A DNA stretch of 64,000 nt from Candidatus Aminicenantes bacterium (GTDB lineage: Bacteria; Acidobacteriota; Aminicenantia; Aminicenantales; JAFGBC01), in the NCBI GenBank assembly GCA_963702005.1, contig OY969696.1:4245362-4309361 (forward strand), written 5' to 3'. Every line of letters begins with the position of its first letter. Position 1 is the first letter of the stretch. The notes under the pieces were generated by a model. It was not told the DNA's origin and searched no databases. It worked only from the letters and a program-made list of their open reading frames with translations. The position numbers and the translations under genes are program-made. Below, piece by piece: positions 20,068 through 30,306 of this stretch.

Positions 20068-21594
20068 TCAGCGGCGGCCTCCCAGGATGGAGCCCAGGAC
20101 GCCGCGCAGGACCTGGCGGCCGAGCGAGCTTCCCACGGACCGGGCCGCGCTCTTAGCCATGGCTTCGAGCAGCGTATCGCGGGGGCGCCCGACCGGACGG
20201 CGCGGCGCTTCGGGATAGCCGTAGGGATAGGGCTGTCTCTGGGGGGAAGGCTGCTCCGGCGCCGGAAAGGGGAATCCCGGCTGCGGCATCCGGCCCGCCG
20301 GAACCTCTCTTTTTTCGGTCCTGGCCTTGATCATCTCGTAGGCCGACTCGCGGTCGATGGTCTTTTCGTAATGGCCGTAGACGAGGGAGCCGCGGACGAT
20401 CCGGTCCCGGACATCGGCGCCGACGGGTCCGATCTGGCTCTTGGGGGGAAGGACGAAGGCCCGCTCGACGACGCCCGGCATCCCCTTTTCGTCCAGGAAG
20501 GAAACGAGGGCTTCGCCGACGCCCAGCTCGGTGATGGCCTTCTCGACGTTGAGCTTGGGGTTGGAGCGGAACGTCTCGGCCGCGGCCCGGACGGCCTTCT
20601 GGTCTCGCGGCGTGAAGGCCCGCAGGGCGTGCTGGACGCGGTTCCCGAGCTGTCCGAGCGTCATGTCCGGGATGTCGAGGGGATTCTGGGTGACGAAATA
20701 AATGCCGACCCCCTTGGAGCGGATAAGCCGGACGACCTGCTCGATCTTTTCGAGGAGAACCTGAGGGGCGTCCGTGAACAAGAGGTGGGCTTCGTCGAAG
20801 AAAAAAACGAGCCGGGGTTTGTCGAGGTCGCCGACCTCGGGCAGGTTCTCGAACAGCTCGGACAGCATCCAGAGGAGGAGGGTCGCATACATTTTGGGAT
20901 TCATCATGAGCTTGTCGGCGACCAGGATATTGACCAGGCCGCGGCCTTGTCCGTCCGTCTGCATGAGGTCGGCCAGGTTCAAGGCCGGCTCGCCGAACAA
21001 ACGGTCTCCCCCCTGCTCCTCGAGGGTCAGCAGCCCGCGCTGGATGGCCCCGATGCTGGCCGTCGAAACGCGGCCGTACTCGGTCTCGAATTCCTCGGCA
21101 TGGTCGCCCGCGTATTGGGCCATGGTCCGGAGGTCCTTGAAATCGAGGAGGAGGAGTCCGTTGTCGTCCGCGATCCGGAAGACAAGGGTCAGGACGCCGC
21201 TCTGGATATCGTTGAGATTCAGGAGACGCGAAAAAAGGAGCGGCCCCATCTCGGAGACGGTCGTCCGGACCGGATGACCCTGCTCGCCGAAGACGTCCCA
21301 GAACACGACCGGAGTCCCGGCGAAATCAAATCCGGACAGTCCGAGTTTTTTGACCCGCTCCATGATCTTGGGCTGGGGGGTTCCCGGCTGGCTGATCCCC
21401 GACAGGTCGCCCTTGACGTCGGCCATGAAGACTGGAACGCCGATCCGGCTGAAGTTCTCGGCCATGACCTGGAGGGAGACGGTTTTGCCCGTCCCGGTCG
21501 CGCCGGCGACGAGGCCGTGCCGGTTCGACATCCGCGGCAGCAGATAAAGCTCCTTATCTCCCTTGGCGATGAGAAGACGTTCGGCGTCGCTCAT
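20068..21594 (-). CDS. HerA-like ATPase, DUF853/YjgR family
   Basis: [43 protein letters not shown]. Confidence 0.92.
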   Translation of the reverse strand: MSDAERLLIAKGDKELYLLPRMSNRHGLVAGATGTGKTVSLQVMAENFSRIGVPVFMADVKGDLSGISQPGTPQPKIMERVKKLGLSGFDFAGTPVVFWDVFGEQGHPVRTTVSEMGPLLFSRLLNLNDIQSGVLTLVFRIADDNGLLLLDFKDLRTMAQYAGDHAEEFETEYGRVSTASIGAIQRGLLTLEEQGGDRLFGEPALNLADLMQTDGQGRGLVNILVADKLMMNPKMYATLLLWMLSELFENLPEVGDLDKPRLVFFFDEAHLLFTDAPQVLLEKIEQVVRLIRSKGVGIYFVTQNPLDIPDMTLGQLGNRVQHALRAFTPRDQKAVRAAAETFRSNPKLNVEKAITELGVGEALVSFLDEKGMPGVVERAFVLPPKSQIGPVGADVRDRIVRGSLVYGHYEKTIDRESAYEMIKARTEKREVPAGRMPQPGFPFPAPEQPSPQRQPYPYGYPEAPRRPVGRPRDTLLEAMAKSAARSVGSSLGRQVLRGVLGSILGGRR

Positions 21595-21781
21595 GATCTC
21601 GTCTCCTTGTGGGTCGTTCCTACTTCTTTTTTATATACGACTCTGCGCCAAAGTCAAGCCGGGCGGCCTTGAAGGGCAACGATCCCGCCCGATGGCTCGC
21701 CGAACAGACCTCGGGACAAAGACGGCACTGACCTCCGGGGATTGATCTCAGGAGCGCCGACAACGCCCGGAGCCGGGGCGG

Positions 21782-22543
21782 TTAAAACTTAAGGCTCTCC
21801 ATGAAAAGGGCATTGACCCGGGCGTTGAGGGCTCTCCGGAATCGTTCAATCGACGCCAGCGCTCCGCCGCTCATATAATCCTTGATAAACAGGGGGGGCC
21901 CGACGTTGACCTTGATCCGGGTCGGGACCAGGAACATGACGTGGGTCCCGAAAATCGAGAGCGGCGTCACCGGGACCGAGATGCCGTTCTCGACGAGGAG
22001 GTTGTAGGCCATGACCGGGGGGCCTTTGCGGAAAGGCTTGATATAGGGATTGAGATCACGGTCGTCGATCCGCCCCCGGCCCTGGAGGAGGACGACGGCC
22101 CGGCCGACCCGCAGATAATCCTCGCAGTGCCGGATGGCCTCGACCCGGCTGCCCCCCGTAAGGTTGACCGGGATGCTGCCGACCTTGGCGATGTTGGAGG
22201 AGATGAATCGGATGACGTAGGCGTAGAAGGGGTTGAACAGGAGGTGGATGAAGGTCCCGAAATTCCCGAGATGGCGCTGAAGATGGTGCTTGACGAGCCA
22301 GCTGAACTGCTCCCGGTCGAAGATCATCTCGTTGGCCGTGAAAAAAATGGGCCGGGGCGCGATCTTGAGCAGGAGGGCGATGTCCTTGTAGCTTCCGATG
22401 TGGTTGCCGACGATGATGTTCGCTCCCTCGCGGACGAAATTCTCGCCGCCCCGGACGTCGATCCGCTTGGAGAGCAGGGAGAAATTGCTGAGGCGGAGGG
22501 TCGCCTTGCGAAGCTTCTGGTATTCCTCTTCGAACGTCGGCAT
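21782..22543 (-). CDS. Lysophospholipid acyltransferase (PlsC family)
   Basis: NHIGSYKD (HxxxxD-like), F.KG, VPVTP motifs. Start at MPTF. Confidence 0.8.
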   Translation of the reverse strand: MPTFEEEYQKLRKATLRLSNFSLLSKRIDVRGGENFVREGANIIVGNHIGSYKDIALLLKIAPRPIFFTANEMIFDREQFSWLVKHHLQRHLGNFGTFIHLLFNPFYAYVIRFISSNIAKVGSIPVNLTGGSRVEAIRHCEDYLRVGRAVVLLQGRGRIDDRDLNPYIKPFRKGPPVMAYNLLVENGISVPVTPLSIFGTHVMFLVPTRIKVNVGPPLFIKDYMSGGALASIERFRRALNARVNALFMESLKF

Positions 22544-22657
22544 GGCCTTTTGATTCGGGCCTATTTTATCCAAATTGATTTCAAAATTCAAAATTATTGT
22601 CATTCCCCCCGCGGCGTGCTAATTTAGGGACGCTGATTCCCGTCGCGGGAGGCCGCC

Positions 22658-23833
22658 ATGCTCACGCTCATCCGCGGGGGGCGCCTGTTCGCCCCCGAGG
22701 ACCTGGGAACGAAGGACATCCTGATCGCGGGCGAAAAGGTCTGCGCCTTGGCGCCGCCCGGAGCGGTCCGGCTCGAGGGCGCCGAGGCGGACGTCATGGA
22801 CGCCTCGGGGCTGGTCGTCGTCCCCGGACTCATCGACAGTCACGTCCACATCCTGGGCGGGGGGGGCGAAGGCGGCCCGGCGACCCGGGCCCCCGAGATC
22901 CGGGTCGAGGACATCGCGGCCTGCGGCATTACGACGGTCATCGGCTGCCTGGGGACGGACGGCGTCACCCGCCACCTGGAATCCCTCCTGGCCAAGGCCC
23001 GGGCCTTGGAGATCGAGGGGATCTCAACCTGGATCTTCACCGGCTCTTACGAAATCCCGGTCCGGACGCTGACCGGAAGCGTCCGCTCGGACATCGCCCT
23101 CATCGACAAGGTCATCGGCGCGGGCGAAATCGCCGTTTCCGATCACCGTTCCTCCCAGCCAAGCTTCGAGGAATTCGCCCGGCTCGCGGCCGAGTGCCGG
23201 GTGGGCGGGATGCTGGGCGGGAAGGCCGGCGTCCTCCATCTCCACCTGGGCGACGGCCCGCGACGGCTCGAATATCTCTTCCGGCTCGTCGGCGAAACCG
23301 AGATCCCGATCAGCCAGGTCATCCCGACCCACGTCAACCGGAACCGGGAGCTGTTCGCTCAAGCCCTGGCATTCGCCCGCCAGGGCGGAACGATCGACCT
23401 GACGGCCGGGCCCGAGGACATCCCTTCCTCCGAGCCCGACCTGAGCGTCGCCGAGGCCGTCGGCCTCTTCCGGGACGGGAGCATCCCCCTGGCGCGCCTG
23501 ACCGTCACCTCGGACAGCAACGGCAGCATCCCTATCTTCGACAAGCAGGGAAAGCTCCTCCGGCTCACCGTCGCCGACGAGACGGACTTCTTCCGGAACT
23601 TCCGGTCGCTGGTCCGAAGGAAGATCCTGGGGCTCGAGGACGCCTTGAGGCTGTTCGCGACGAACCCGGCGGCATTCTACAAACTCCCCGGGAAAGGCCG
23701 GATTGCCGAGGGCATGGACGCCGACCTGCTCATCCTCGACGGCGAGCTCAATCTCCGGGATTCCTTCGCCCGAGGAAGGCGGCTCGTCGCGGGAGGCCGG
23801 GTCGTCGTCCGGGGGACCTTCCGCGCCGATTGA
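22658..23833 (+). CDS. iadA: Beta-aspartyl (isoaspartyl) dipeptidase
   Basis: PGLIDSHVHILGGGGEGG, GE.AVSDHRSS, PTHVNRN, SDSNGS. Confidence 0.95.
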   Translation: MLTLIRGGRLFAPEDLGTKDILIAGEKVCALAPPGAVRLEGAEADVMDASGLVVVPGLIDSHVHILGGGGEGGPATRAPEIRVEDIAACGITTVIGCLGTDGVTRHLESLLAKARALEIEGISTWIFTGSYEIPVRTLTGSVRSDIALIDKVIGAGEIAVSDHRSSQPSFEEFARLAAECRVGGMLGGKAGVLHLHLGDGPRRLEYLFRLVGETEIPISQVIPTHVNRNRELFAQALAFARQGGTIDLTAGPEDIPSSEPDLSVAEAVGLFRDGSIPLARLTVTSDSNGSIPIFDKQGKLLRLTVADETDFFRNFRSLVRRKILGLEDALRLFATNPAAFYKLPGKGRIAEGMDADLLILDGELNLRDSFARGRRLVAGGRVVVRGTFRAD

Positions 23834-23844
23834 AAACGACGGCC

Positions 23845-25266
23845 ATGAAGCGCTCCCTTCCTCCGTCAAAACCCAAAGCGCCGTCCTTCGGTGTCGCCCT
23901 TATCCCTCTTGTCTCGATGGGGCTCCTGCTCGGCGTCGGCTACGGCGTCTATAAGATCCGTCCCCAGGTCCTTCTCGTCGCCGCCGCCTTCCTGACCGCG
24001 ATCCTGGGCTTCCTTCTCCGCTTCAACTGGAAGGTCATGGAGCGGGGCATCGTCGACAGCATCTCCAAGGCCATGCCGGCCATCCTGATCATGCTCTCGG
24101 TCGGGGTCCTGGTCGGCTCCTGGATCGCCTGCGGGACCATCCCCATGGTCATCTACTACGGGCTCAAGCTCATTTCGCCCCAATTCTTCCTGGTGACGGC
24201 CTGCTTCGTCTGCTCGATCGCTTCGCTGGCCACGGGCACCTCCTGGGGCACGGTCGGAACCCTGGGCGTCGCCTTCATCGGAATCGCGATGGGCCTGGGC
24301 ATTCCGCTCGGCCCGGCCGCCGGCGCCATCGTGGCCGGCGCCTACTTCGGCGATAAGCTCTCGCCCATGTCCGATATCCCCAATCTCGCTTCGGTCACGG
24401 CCGGAGTGGACCTCTTCGAGCATATCAAGCACATGCTTTGGTCGGCCGTCCCCGCCTATCTCCTGGGCCTGGCGGTCTATTTCCTGGCCGGCTTGAAGTA
24501 CGGCGGCCGGGCGGCGGATACCAGCGCCGTCGCGTTGATTACCGAAACGCTCGCCCGCAACTTCCGTTTTCACGTCCTCCTTCTCCTGCCGATGGTCGTC
24601 GTCTTTTATTTCGCGATCGCTAAGAAGCCGACCATCCCGGGGATGATCCTTTCGTCCTTTACAGCGGCGGTCCTGGCCGTCGTCTTCCAGAAGGTCCCGC
24701 TCGTCGAGGTCGCCAACGCCATGAACACGGGATTCAAGGCCAAGACCGGCGTCGCGGCCGTCGACAGCCTGATCTCGCGGGGCGGGATGATGAGCATGAT
24801 GGAAACCCAGCTCGTCGCCTTCACGGCCTTCGCTTTCGGCGGGATCATGCAGGCGACCGGAATGCTGGCCGCTCTCCTGGACCGGATCATGCGCTTCGCG
24901 GACCGGGTCTGGTCCCTGGTTTTGACCACGATCGGGGCGGCCGTCGCTACCGCGCTGGTCACCGGGAGCTCCTATCTCTCGATCATCATCCCCGGCGAGC
25001 TCCTGCTGCCCGCCTATAAAAAAATGGACCTGGCCGCCAAAAACCTGTCGCGGATCGTCGAGGAAGCGGGCGGGATCATCGTCCCGCTCATCCCTTGGAG
25101 CATGGCCGGCGTCTACATCACGGGCACGATCGGGGTCCCGGTCTTTGCCTACCTGCCCTGGGCCGTCATGAATTATGCTTCTGTCGCGGCCTTGGCCCTC
25201 TTCGGATTTACGAAATTCTCGATGGCGCGGCGCTCTTCGGAGGAAGAGGCCGGGCCGCAACTCTGA
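23845..25266 (+). CDS. NhaC-family antiporter/transporter
   Basis: GTSWGT.GT.G, GAYFGDKLSP.SD, PLIPW. Confidence 0.9.
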   Translation: MKRSLPPSKPKAPSFGVALIPLVSMGLLLGVGYGVYKIRPQVLLVAAAFLTAILGFLLRFNWKVMERGIVDSISKAMPAILIMLSVGVLVGSWIACGTIPMVIYYGLKLISPQFFLVTACFVCSIASLATGTSWGTVGTLGVAFIGIAMGLGIPLGPAAGAIVAGAYFGDKLSPMSDIPNLASVTAGVDLFEHIKHMLWSAVPAYLLGLAVYFLAGLKYGGRAADTSAVALITETLARNFRFHVLLLLPMVVVFYFAIAKKPTIPGMILSSFTAAVLAVVFQKVPLVEVANAMNTGFKAKTGVAAVDSLISRGGMMSMMETQLVAFTAFAFGGIMQATGMLAALLDRIMRFADRVWSLVLTTIGAAVATALVTGSSYLSIIIPGELLLPAYKKMDLAAKNLSRIVEEAGGIIVPLIPWSMAGVYITGTIGVPVFAYLPWAVMNYASVAALALFGFTKFSMARRSSEEEAGPQL

Positions 25267-25278
25267 CGGAGACGCCCG

Positions 25279-25587
25279 TCAGCGATCGCCGTCTTTCTCG
25301 CCCTCGTCCTTGCCGTCCTCGTCCTCGCCGGCCGTCGAGAGGGCCTTCTGGAACAGCTCCTCGGCCAGCTCGTGTTTTTTCTTGCTGAGCTCGGCCGTGA
25401 CCTCGAACTTCCGCCCGAATTCCTCCTTGCGCTTCTTTTCCTTATCGAGGAGGTCGTCCAGGGAGGATTTTTTCTTCTCGCCTTTTTCGGTCCGTGCGAT
25501 CGAACGCCCCGCCCCGTCGACCCAGATGACGGTCTGGCAGCAGGGGCAGACTAGCTTGAAAACCTGATCCTTATCTCGCGCGCTCAT
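25279..25587 (-). CDS. Small hypothetical protein (CPCC knuckle plus charged coiled coil)
   Basis: CPCCQT motif, Lys/Glu-rich helix, GAAAGG upstream. Confidence 0.7.
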   Translation of the reverse strand: MSARDKDQVFKLVCPCCQTVIWVDGAGRSIARTEKGEKKKSSLDDLLDKEKKRKEEFGRKFEVTAELSKKKHELAEELFQKALSTAGEDEDGKDEGEKDGDR

Positions 25588-25696
25588 GGCATCGGCCTTT
25601 CCCTTCTTCTTGACACCAAGAATACAAAACGCGTTATGGCGCTGTCAATACGGCGCGAACCAAGGGCGAAGGAGAGCGCCCGGCCGCCGGACAAGG

Positions 25697-25725
25697 TTGA
25701 CAGGGGACCCTGCTTTGAATAGGAT
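25697..25725 (+). promoter_or_regulatory. sigma70-type promoter of the 25758 gene
   Basis: TTGACA-N17-TAGGAT. Confidence 0.6.
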
Positions 25726-25757
25726 CGAAGCGAATCTTTTTTGACGGGGAGGTTTCC

Positions 25758-26282
25758 ATGATCAAGTCTCTCAAATTGTGGTCCTGCGTTATCCTGGCCT
25801 GCCTAGCCTTGTTCGGGCTGGCCCGTACGGCCGCCGCCGGCACTATTACGATTCCGGCCAACGCGTTTCGTCCGATCGACAGCGTTTCGGACAACGATCA
25901 CACCTGGTACGCTAACGAACAAATGCTCTACGTCAAGTATTCCGTCGACGGCCCGTACTTCTCGGCTCCGGTTTACCTGCCCGACGGCGTAACGGTCAAG
26001 AAGGTCACGGTCATACTGACGGATAACGGCGCCGGGCCCGACGACGAGGTCCGAGTCTCGCTCCATCGACAAAAATTGCTCACGGGAGCCCAGGTGACGA
26101 TGGCCTATCTGAACAACCATGCGCCCGCTCTGACGCACAGCTCGAGCCGACAGGCGATGACGGACACCACCATTTCCAACGCCACGGTCAACAATAACCT
26201 GTACTCCTACACCGTCAACGTCTGGTTTATCTTCAGCTGCACCGACAGGGTCAAGATCCACGGCGTCAAGATCGAATATTAA
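25758..26282 (+). CDS. Secreted hypothetical beta-sandwich protein
   Basis: GGAGG RBS, signal peptide ending in AAA, 'APVYLPDGVTV' motif. Confidence 0.8.
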   Translation: MIKSLKLWSCVILACLALFGLARTAAAGTITIPANAFRPIDSVSDNDHTWYANEQMLYVKYSVDGPYFSAPVYLPDGVTVKKVTVILTDNGAGPDDEVRVSLHRQKLLTGAQVTMAYLNNHAPALTHSSSRQAMTDTTISNATVNNNLYSYTVNVWFIFSCTDRVKIHGVKIEY

Positions 26283-26306
26283 ACGCCCCGTCCTCCCGGG
26301 CCGTTT

Positions 26307-27893
26307 TCAAAGGACGGCCTTGTAGTTCTGGCCGATCTTGTTGGTCAGGACGTTCGCGTAGGAACGCGAGGCCGGTTGGAAGGTCGTGCCCGATTTCTTG
26401 GGCGTCGCCGTCCCCGACCAGCCGCAGAATACAGGGCGGCAGTAATAGCCCTTAGCGTCGGTGACGGCTTTTCCGCCGTTGTCGCTGAAGGTGATCGTAA
26501 CTCCGGGGACGACCGCGCCCGAAGCCGTCTTGACGACTCCCGAGATCCAGACGGTGGGCCGGAGCGAGGCGTCACCGATCAGGATCATCCCGTACCACCA
26601 GCGGGGCGTAGTGTCGGGATAGGCCGTCTGGACGGCGTTGAACCACTCGACGAAGGCGGCGCCGAAGCCGTATCCTTCGGCCAGGGTATCAAAGAAAGAA
26701 TCGTCGGCCCAGATGCCGCCCGTCTTGGCCGAGCCGTAGGCCAGGAGCCCGGACTTCTGGTTGAAGGCGGCCACCCCGCCCAAATTATCCTCGGCCGAAT
26801 AATCGCAGCCCGAGCAGACGAAAAAGGAATAGAACAGGGCCTTGGGATCGATCGACAGGTAATCCGCGCAGAAGACGGAATCGAAATTCGCTTTGCTGTT
26901 CCGGTAATAGCCGTGGCCGCCCGGCCAGCCGTGGGACCGGGTGTAAATGAACTCCAGGTTGGCCGGCATGCGGAGGGCTTTGTAATCGGCGGCCGTCGTC
27001 GCTTCCGGGCTACTGATAGCGGTCACCCCGGATAGTATCTTTTTCAAGTTGGATTTGTCGCCCGTCCCCATCCCGCTCCAGTCGTCGTCGTCATAAACGA
27101 GGGCCGAGGGTGCCGTCCGCAGCCCGCCCGTCCGGAACAGATGGTTCTTCTCGAAATAGTTATTGAGGGTCCCGGCCTCCGTCCCCAAGCAGGTCAGGTT
27201 GCTGGTTTGAAGCCGGCCGACCCAGATCTCGAGCCCGATGTCGCCCGAGCGCGTGTCGTACTTGCCGTTAGCCGGTTGAACGTCCTCGTCGGTCAGGGTG
27301 TCGGACCAGGAGCCGTCGACGTCCATATAATAGATATCGCAGGGAAAATCCTCGTATTCGCGGGTCTTATTATTGTCCCAGCTCTGCATCATCTCATAGA
27401 CGATGTAGGGGATGTCGCCGATGAACAGGGCGCCGGCCAGCCCCCCCTTTTCTTTATAGCGGGAGCGGAGGTAAGTCCGGAGGCTCTGCGCCGTCCCGGA
27501 GCCGAAGCGGTAAACAAGGACGGTCCAGCCTTCCTTCTGGAGGTCCTGGACGAACCTCTGGAGCTTCGTCTGGATGGAGGGGTAGAGGCTGTTTTCGACA
27601 ACGAGGAGCATCCGGGTCGAAACAGCGCCGGCGGCCGGGCGGCCCGACGGCAAGCCGGGGAAAACCGGAAGCCCGGCCGGAATCATCCGGAGGGGCTCGG
27701 CATAGGCGGGCACGGCGTGGGGAAGCTTGCGCGACCCGTCCCCGGCCATCCAGCGGGTGGGCAGCGGCTCCCGTCGATCCCTGACGTTCGCCGCCTGGAG
27801 CATCCAGCCCGCCGTCAGGATACAGAGAAGGCCGATGACGAGCCCCCAACGGAAAACATTCGATTCCCCGATCCTATGAGATTTCTGAACCAT
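26307..27893 (-). CDS. Secreted peptidase C25 (gingipain)-like protein with C-terminal Ig/carboxypeptidase-regulatory-like domain
   Basis: LFIGDIP, EIWVGRL, SHG and FVCS (putative His-Cys dyad), LIGDASL, ISGVV...GVTITF. Confidence 0.7.
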   Translation of the reverse strand: MVQKSHRIGESNVFRWGLVIGLLCILTAGWMLQAANVRDRREPLPTRWMAGDGSRKLPHAVPAYAEPLRMIPAGLPVFPGLPSGRPAAGAVSTRMLLVVENSLYPSIQTKLQRFVQDLQKEGWTVLVYRFGSGTAQSLRTYLRSRYKEKGGLAGALFIGDIPYIVYEMMQSWDNNKTREYEDFPCDIYYMDVDGSWSDTLTDEDVQPANGKYDTRSGDIGLEIWVGRLQTSNLTCLGTEAGTLNNYFEKNHLFRTGGLRTAPSALVYDDDDWSGMGTGDKSNLKKILSGVTAISSPEATTAADYKALRMPANLEFIYTRSHGWPGGHGYYRNSKANFDSVFCADYLSIDPKALFYSFFVCSGCDYSAEDNLGGVAAFNQKSGLLAYGSAKTGGIWADDSFFDTLAEGYGFGAAFVEWFNAVQTAYPDTTPRWWYGMILIGDASLRPTVWISGVVKTASGAVVPGVTITFSDNGGKAVTDAKGYYCRPVFCGWSGTATPKKSGTTFQPASRSYANVLTNKIGQNYKAVL

Positions 27894-28036
27894 GAGATCT
27901 CCTTTGTCGCCATCCGGAGGAGAATATCCTTTTCGTCCTCCTGCGCCATTCTAACGGAGGCGCTCGGGGCGTGTCAAATCATCGACACTCATGGAAGCCA
28001 TAAGTGCTGCAAGGCTGGGTGGCGTCGGCGAACGGG

Positions 28037-30238
28037 TCAACGTGAAGGCCGGTCCTTGGTCGCCCGGCCGTCGCGGACGGAACGGGAACCGCCGTCGCCA
28101 ACTTTCAGCCTCGCCAGGAAAACATCAATACCTCCGTTCGGACTCGAGTCATAAGCCTTCTTTATCGGAAAATCAGGGGAGGTGGTTCCGCCCAGGAGAT
28201 AAATCGTCCCCGTATCGTCAACGGCCAGCTGCCCGCACGAATCCCCTCGATTCCCTCCGAGAAGAGTCGACCAGAGAAGGGTGTCCCCCGCCGGCGCGAA
28301 TTTGGCGATATAGCCGTCCGTCTCGCCCTCCAGCGTCTTATCGTAGGGATCGACCAACGGAATATCCGTGGATCCTGTCGAGCCCGTGACCAGGAACGCC
28401 CCGGTCTTGTCCAGAACGATATGCGCGAGGCTGTCGGCCTTCCTTCCGCCCAGGTAGGTGGAAAAAGCCAAGGACTTGCCGTTAGGACGCAGTTTAGTCA
28501 CGAAGGCATCGAGGTTTCCGTTTCGCTTGCTGTCATAAGCGTTCTTGACCGGAAAATTAAAAGACTCGGTGATCCCGACGACATAGGCGGCTCCGGACCG
28601 GTCGACCTGGATATCCCAAGGCCAGTCGTAGGCGCTCCCGCCCAGAAAGGTCGAATAGACAAGGGTGCGGCCCGAGGGCGAGAATTTCGTTACAAAAGCG
28701 TCGATATGACCGTTGTAGGTCGAATCGAAGGCGTCCTTGACGGGGAAGTTCGAGGATAAGGTCGGGCCGGCGACATAGGCCGAGCCGGCCCCGTCGACCG
28801 CGATGCAGGCGGTGCTCGACTCGCTCGCCGTCCCTCCCAGAAACGTGGACCAGACCAGGCTCTTTCCGGAAGCGGCCAGCTTCGCGACATAGGCGTCCCA
28901 GATGCCGTTGAAGCTCGGATCGTAAGCGGCCTTGACGGGGAAATCGGGCGACTTCGTGCACCCGGCCAGATAAATATCGCCCTTCCCATCCACGGCCATA
29001 TCGCTGGCGAATTCGTTTCGAGATCCGCCCAAATAGGTCGAAAAGACGATGGCGTCTCCCTGGGCCGACAACTTGGTGACGACGGCGTCAGTTTCGCCGT
29101 TCAAGGCGGCATCATATCCGTCCTTAACCGGGTAATCCGGGGAATTGCTCGATCCGGCGACGATGATCGCGCCGCCCGTATCCAAAGCCAGGCCGGCGGC
29201 ATCTTCGTCCTTGGTTCCGCCCAGGAAAGTCGCGAACACAAGGCTTTTTCCGTCCGGCTTGAATTTGACGATGAAGATGTCGTTGGCTCCGCCCAGGGTC
29301 AGGTCGGCGCCGCCCTTGACGGGGAAATCGGGAGAGGCCGTATCTCCGCAGACGCAGATAGAGCCGTCGGCGTCCAGTTTGATGTCGACGCCATACTCGT
29401 CCCCTTTTCCTCCCAAGTAGGTCGAGGACACGAGTACGATCGGATCGATGAACAGGGGATGGCTTCGATCATAGGGACCGACTCGGAAACCATAGGAATT
29501 TCCGGCGATCCTCCTGAATTCGGTCTCGACGGCGCGTCTCCGGCCGTCGACGATCTGATAGCCCTCGGGTTTGCGGTGAATCGGATTAGCGAACCGGGTC
29601 CGGACGGCCAGATCCCCTTGGGAATCGGCCAGGACCTTGCCCGCGTCGCGATATTCGAACCGGATATCCTCGGGATTCCCGCCCGGCGCCACGATCCAGT
29701 CGTATTCGAGCTCGTTGTCGGTCCCGTAAACCTTGAGGTCGATGGACTTATAAAGATCCTCGTAGAGGACCGATTCGGCCGCGGGGACGGACGTCGGCAC
29801 GCCTCCCTCGCCCCCGCCGATGAAGAAATGGACCCGGGGATTATCCGCGCCGAAGGGAACGACGCCAGGCTCCGGATTAGCGCCAAGGAACACGAGCCGC
29901 GACACGTCTCTTTCGATATCGGCCGGAGCGGACGCCCTCCTCTCGCCGCTCGGCATGGGAGGCGGGGCCGAACCGGCCCTGCTTCTCCAAAAGTCAAAGA
30001 CCAGCCCTTCTTTCGTCAGCCACAGAGTCATCCCCGATCTCCGGGCGTAAAAAAGAGCCTGGGCGTCCACTTGGCCGCGATTGGGCCAGAACGCGAGAGG
30101 CAGACTCGAGAAGAGGGGACTCGCCGCGACCGACGGGGCGGCCGGACCCGGGCGGGCCCCGGTCCGGGATTGAGAGACCGCCATAAAACCAAGGCCAAAG
30201 AACGTCAGGGCGGAAAAAACAATAGCTTTCTTGAGCAT
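28037..30238 (-). CDS. Secreted SBBP-repeat beta-propeller protein
   Basis: About 7 repeats of 'STYLGG...D...G..YV.G.T.S.DFP...D.FV.K'; N-terminal 'PLAFWPNRGQ' domain. Confidence 0.9.
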   Translation of the reverse strand: MLKKAIVFSALTFFGLGFMAVSQSRTGARPGPAAPSVAASPLFSSLPLAFWPNRGQVDAQALFYARRSGMTLWLTKEGLVFDFWRSRAGSAPPPMPSGERRASAPADIERDVSRLVFLGANPEPGVVPFGADNPRVHFFIGGGEGGVPTSVPAAESVLYEDLYKSIDLKVYGTDNELEYDWIVAPGGNPEDIRFEYRDAGKVLADSQGDLAVRTRFANPIHRKPEGYQIVDGRRRAVETEFRRIAGNSYGFRVGPYDRSHPLFIDPIVLVSSTYLGGKGDEYGVDIKLDADGSICVCGDTASPDFPVKGGADLTLGGANDIFIVKFKPDGKSLVFATFLGGTKDEDAAGLALDTGGAIIVAGSSNSPDYPVKDGYDAALNGETDAVVTKLSAQGDAIVFSTYLGGSRNEFASDMAVDGKGDIYLAGCTKSPDFPVKAAYDPSFNGIWDAYVAKLAASGKSLVWSTFLGGTASESSTACIAVDGAGSAYVAGPTLSSNFPVKDAFDSTYNGHIDAFVTKFSPSGRTLVYSTFLGGSAYDWPWDIQVDRSGAAYVVGITESFNFPVKNAYDSKRNGNLDAFVTKLRPNGKSLAFSTYLGGRKADSLAHIVLDKTGAFLVTGSTGSTDIPLVDPYDKTLEGETDGYIAKFAPAGDTLLWSTLLGGNRGDSCGQLAVDDTGTIYLLGGTTSPDFPIKKAYDSSPNGGIDVFLARLKVGDGGSRSVRDGRATKDRPSR

Positions 30239-30306
30239 AGTTCCCTCCCACAGACTCGGTTGAATAGAAATATCTTGATGATATTATAATCCAATCGAAA
30301 CCCACA

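Noticed and set aside
22597-23844. Apparent 889-aa NhaC fusion
   Set aside because: The extension is an alternative frame over iadA; NhaC starts at 23845.
28100-29450. Periodic repeats that might suggest an array
   Set aside because: These are protein-level SBBP propeller repeats, not CRISPR or DNA tandem repeats.
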